Assembly: GCF_036321535.1 (NCBI RefSeq)
Contig: NC_087442.1
Span: 14,694,001 to 14,758,000 of the forward strand
Length of the DNA stretch: 64,000 bases
DNA from: Camelus dromedarius
Lineage: Eukaryota
Direction of reading: 5' to 3'
Under the pieces are notes generated by a model. The model had not been told where the DNA came from and searched no databases. It saw only the letters and a list, made by a program, of their open reading frames with translations. Made by a program: the position numbers and the translations under genes. Positions 62,827 to 64,000 of the stretch are shown here, piece after piece; position 1 is the first letter of the stretch; the number at the start of each line of letters is the position of its first letter.

Positions 62827-63242
62827 GAAAGAGAAAAATAAATGAATTTACAGATGCATATTCTAATACCATATGTAAATTCAACACTATTTGGAGATTA
62901 CTTTTTATCACAAGGAAGGGTTGCTAAGAAAGATTATCCTAAATCCACATAAGGCAAAAGAATGACAGCATGACCTTCATTGTCATGCTGTGCTAATAAG
63001 CCTGCCTAAGGATCTACTGACCCCAGGGACATGTGCCTTTGTTTGATTTACCAGTGATTAGCAGCAGACGTTTTATAGCTCTTTAAAGCTGGATGTTAAT
63101 TTGTAGGAAACTAATTATATGCAAATAGTTTTCTCCAGAAAAGAAGACAAATCTAAAGGGTATACATTTTCCCTCTGTAAGATGAGTCAATTTTGGATTT
63201 AGTTTAGTAATTTTATTCCAGCATTATTTATTTATTTTTTCA

Positions 63243-63294
63243 TCTCTCTCTCTCTCTCTCTCTCTAAATAGATAGATAGATAGATGGGTAGATA
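63243..63294. repeat. Compound (TC)n-(TAGA)n microsatellite
   Basis: Seen directly. Confidence 0.95.
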
Positions 63295-64000
63295 AATTGA
63301 TTGATAATCTTCTTGACTTATTTTTGTTTCCTATATCCTTTTACCAACTTTTTAAAATTCTAAAATCTATTTAACTATATCCTTATTGATGGAAATTTTT
63401 TTTTCCCCTGGAGCTTTGAAAGCTACATTTTTATCTCTGATTTGAGAGTTTGCATGTGTTACTAAGTTATTTTTTCCAGCAATGATTTGTTTCTTAATTT
63501 TTAACTTTTTTCTTTAATTTTAATATCTTAAGCAAATTATTCTAATTTGTGAAAAACTGCTGGTCCATACTTTTCTGATGCCTATAATATCCTTCATTTT
63601 GGGAGCTGGGGCGTTAATATTCCAGTCTTCCCTTTTAACCTGAGTCTGATGGGCACAAGATAATCCATTTTTTGACTTTTACTCACTTCTGAATGGAGAC
63701 TGTTCTTTATGGAGGGTGGATCTAGAAGCTTAGTGGTAGAGAGCAGGGAGCCCTGGGTGTCTCAGCACCCACACTCACTCTCATTCTCATGCTGAGACGC
63801 ATGCCCTGCTCCAGGCTGACAAGAATTCCTGCTGGCTTGTGGTGAAGCCACTCCTGTAACAGGTATTCCATGCAATGATTTCGCATTGCTTTTCCATCTA
63901 TTGACCAAGGTGCTGATCCTTCCATCAGCCCTGGATGATTTTCACTGTGCTCAGCAGCTCATCACTGTGCTTTATATGCGTGTCTTGTTTCCTGACTTGA

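Noticed and set aside
1-64000. CRISPR arrays, rRNA, operon-like or prokaryotic/viral systems, NUMTs
   Set aside because: None seen; the composition is typical mammalian intronic and intergenic DNA.

Overview
Mammalian genomic DNA, most likely a camelid (Camelus/Vicugna), inferred from two camelid-type tRNA-derived SINEs and artiodactyl-type L1 3' ends. The only host coding sequence I recognise is the last exon of pleiotrophin (PTN, + strand, 12362-12417, AESKKKKKEGKKQEKMLD*), followed by its 3'UTR and several polyA signals. Bases 1-12361 are therefore the distal part of the last PTN intron; the upstream PTN exons were not found in the window. About 13-64 kb is repeat-rich intergenic DNA (in human, from recall, the interval towards CHRM2) with MIR, L2, CR1/L3, old and young L1, MaLR/ERVL LTRs, an ERVL internal remnant and DNA transposons. 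The seven N-runs lie inside repeats and behave like length-preserving masks, not gaps. The most unusual structures are: a ~157-bp local sequence copied cleanly into an ERVL pol gene; an LTR-less ERVL remnant with permuted order (IN before gag-PR-RT); a NAGNAG acceptor plus a long (CA)n tract at the exon encoding PTN's polybasic tail; a TSD-bounded L1 with an internal jump; and candidate CTCF sites and enhancers. I found no convincing new protein-coding system. Repeat family names are from recalled consensus sequences and most repeat boundaries are approximate.
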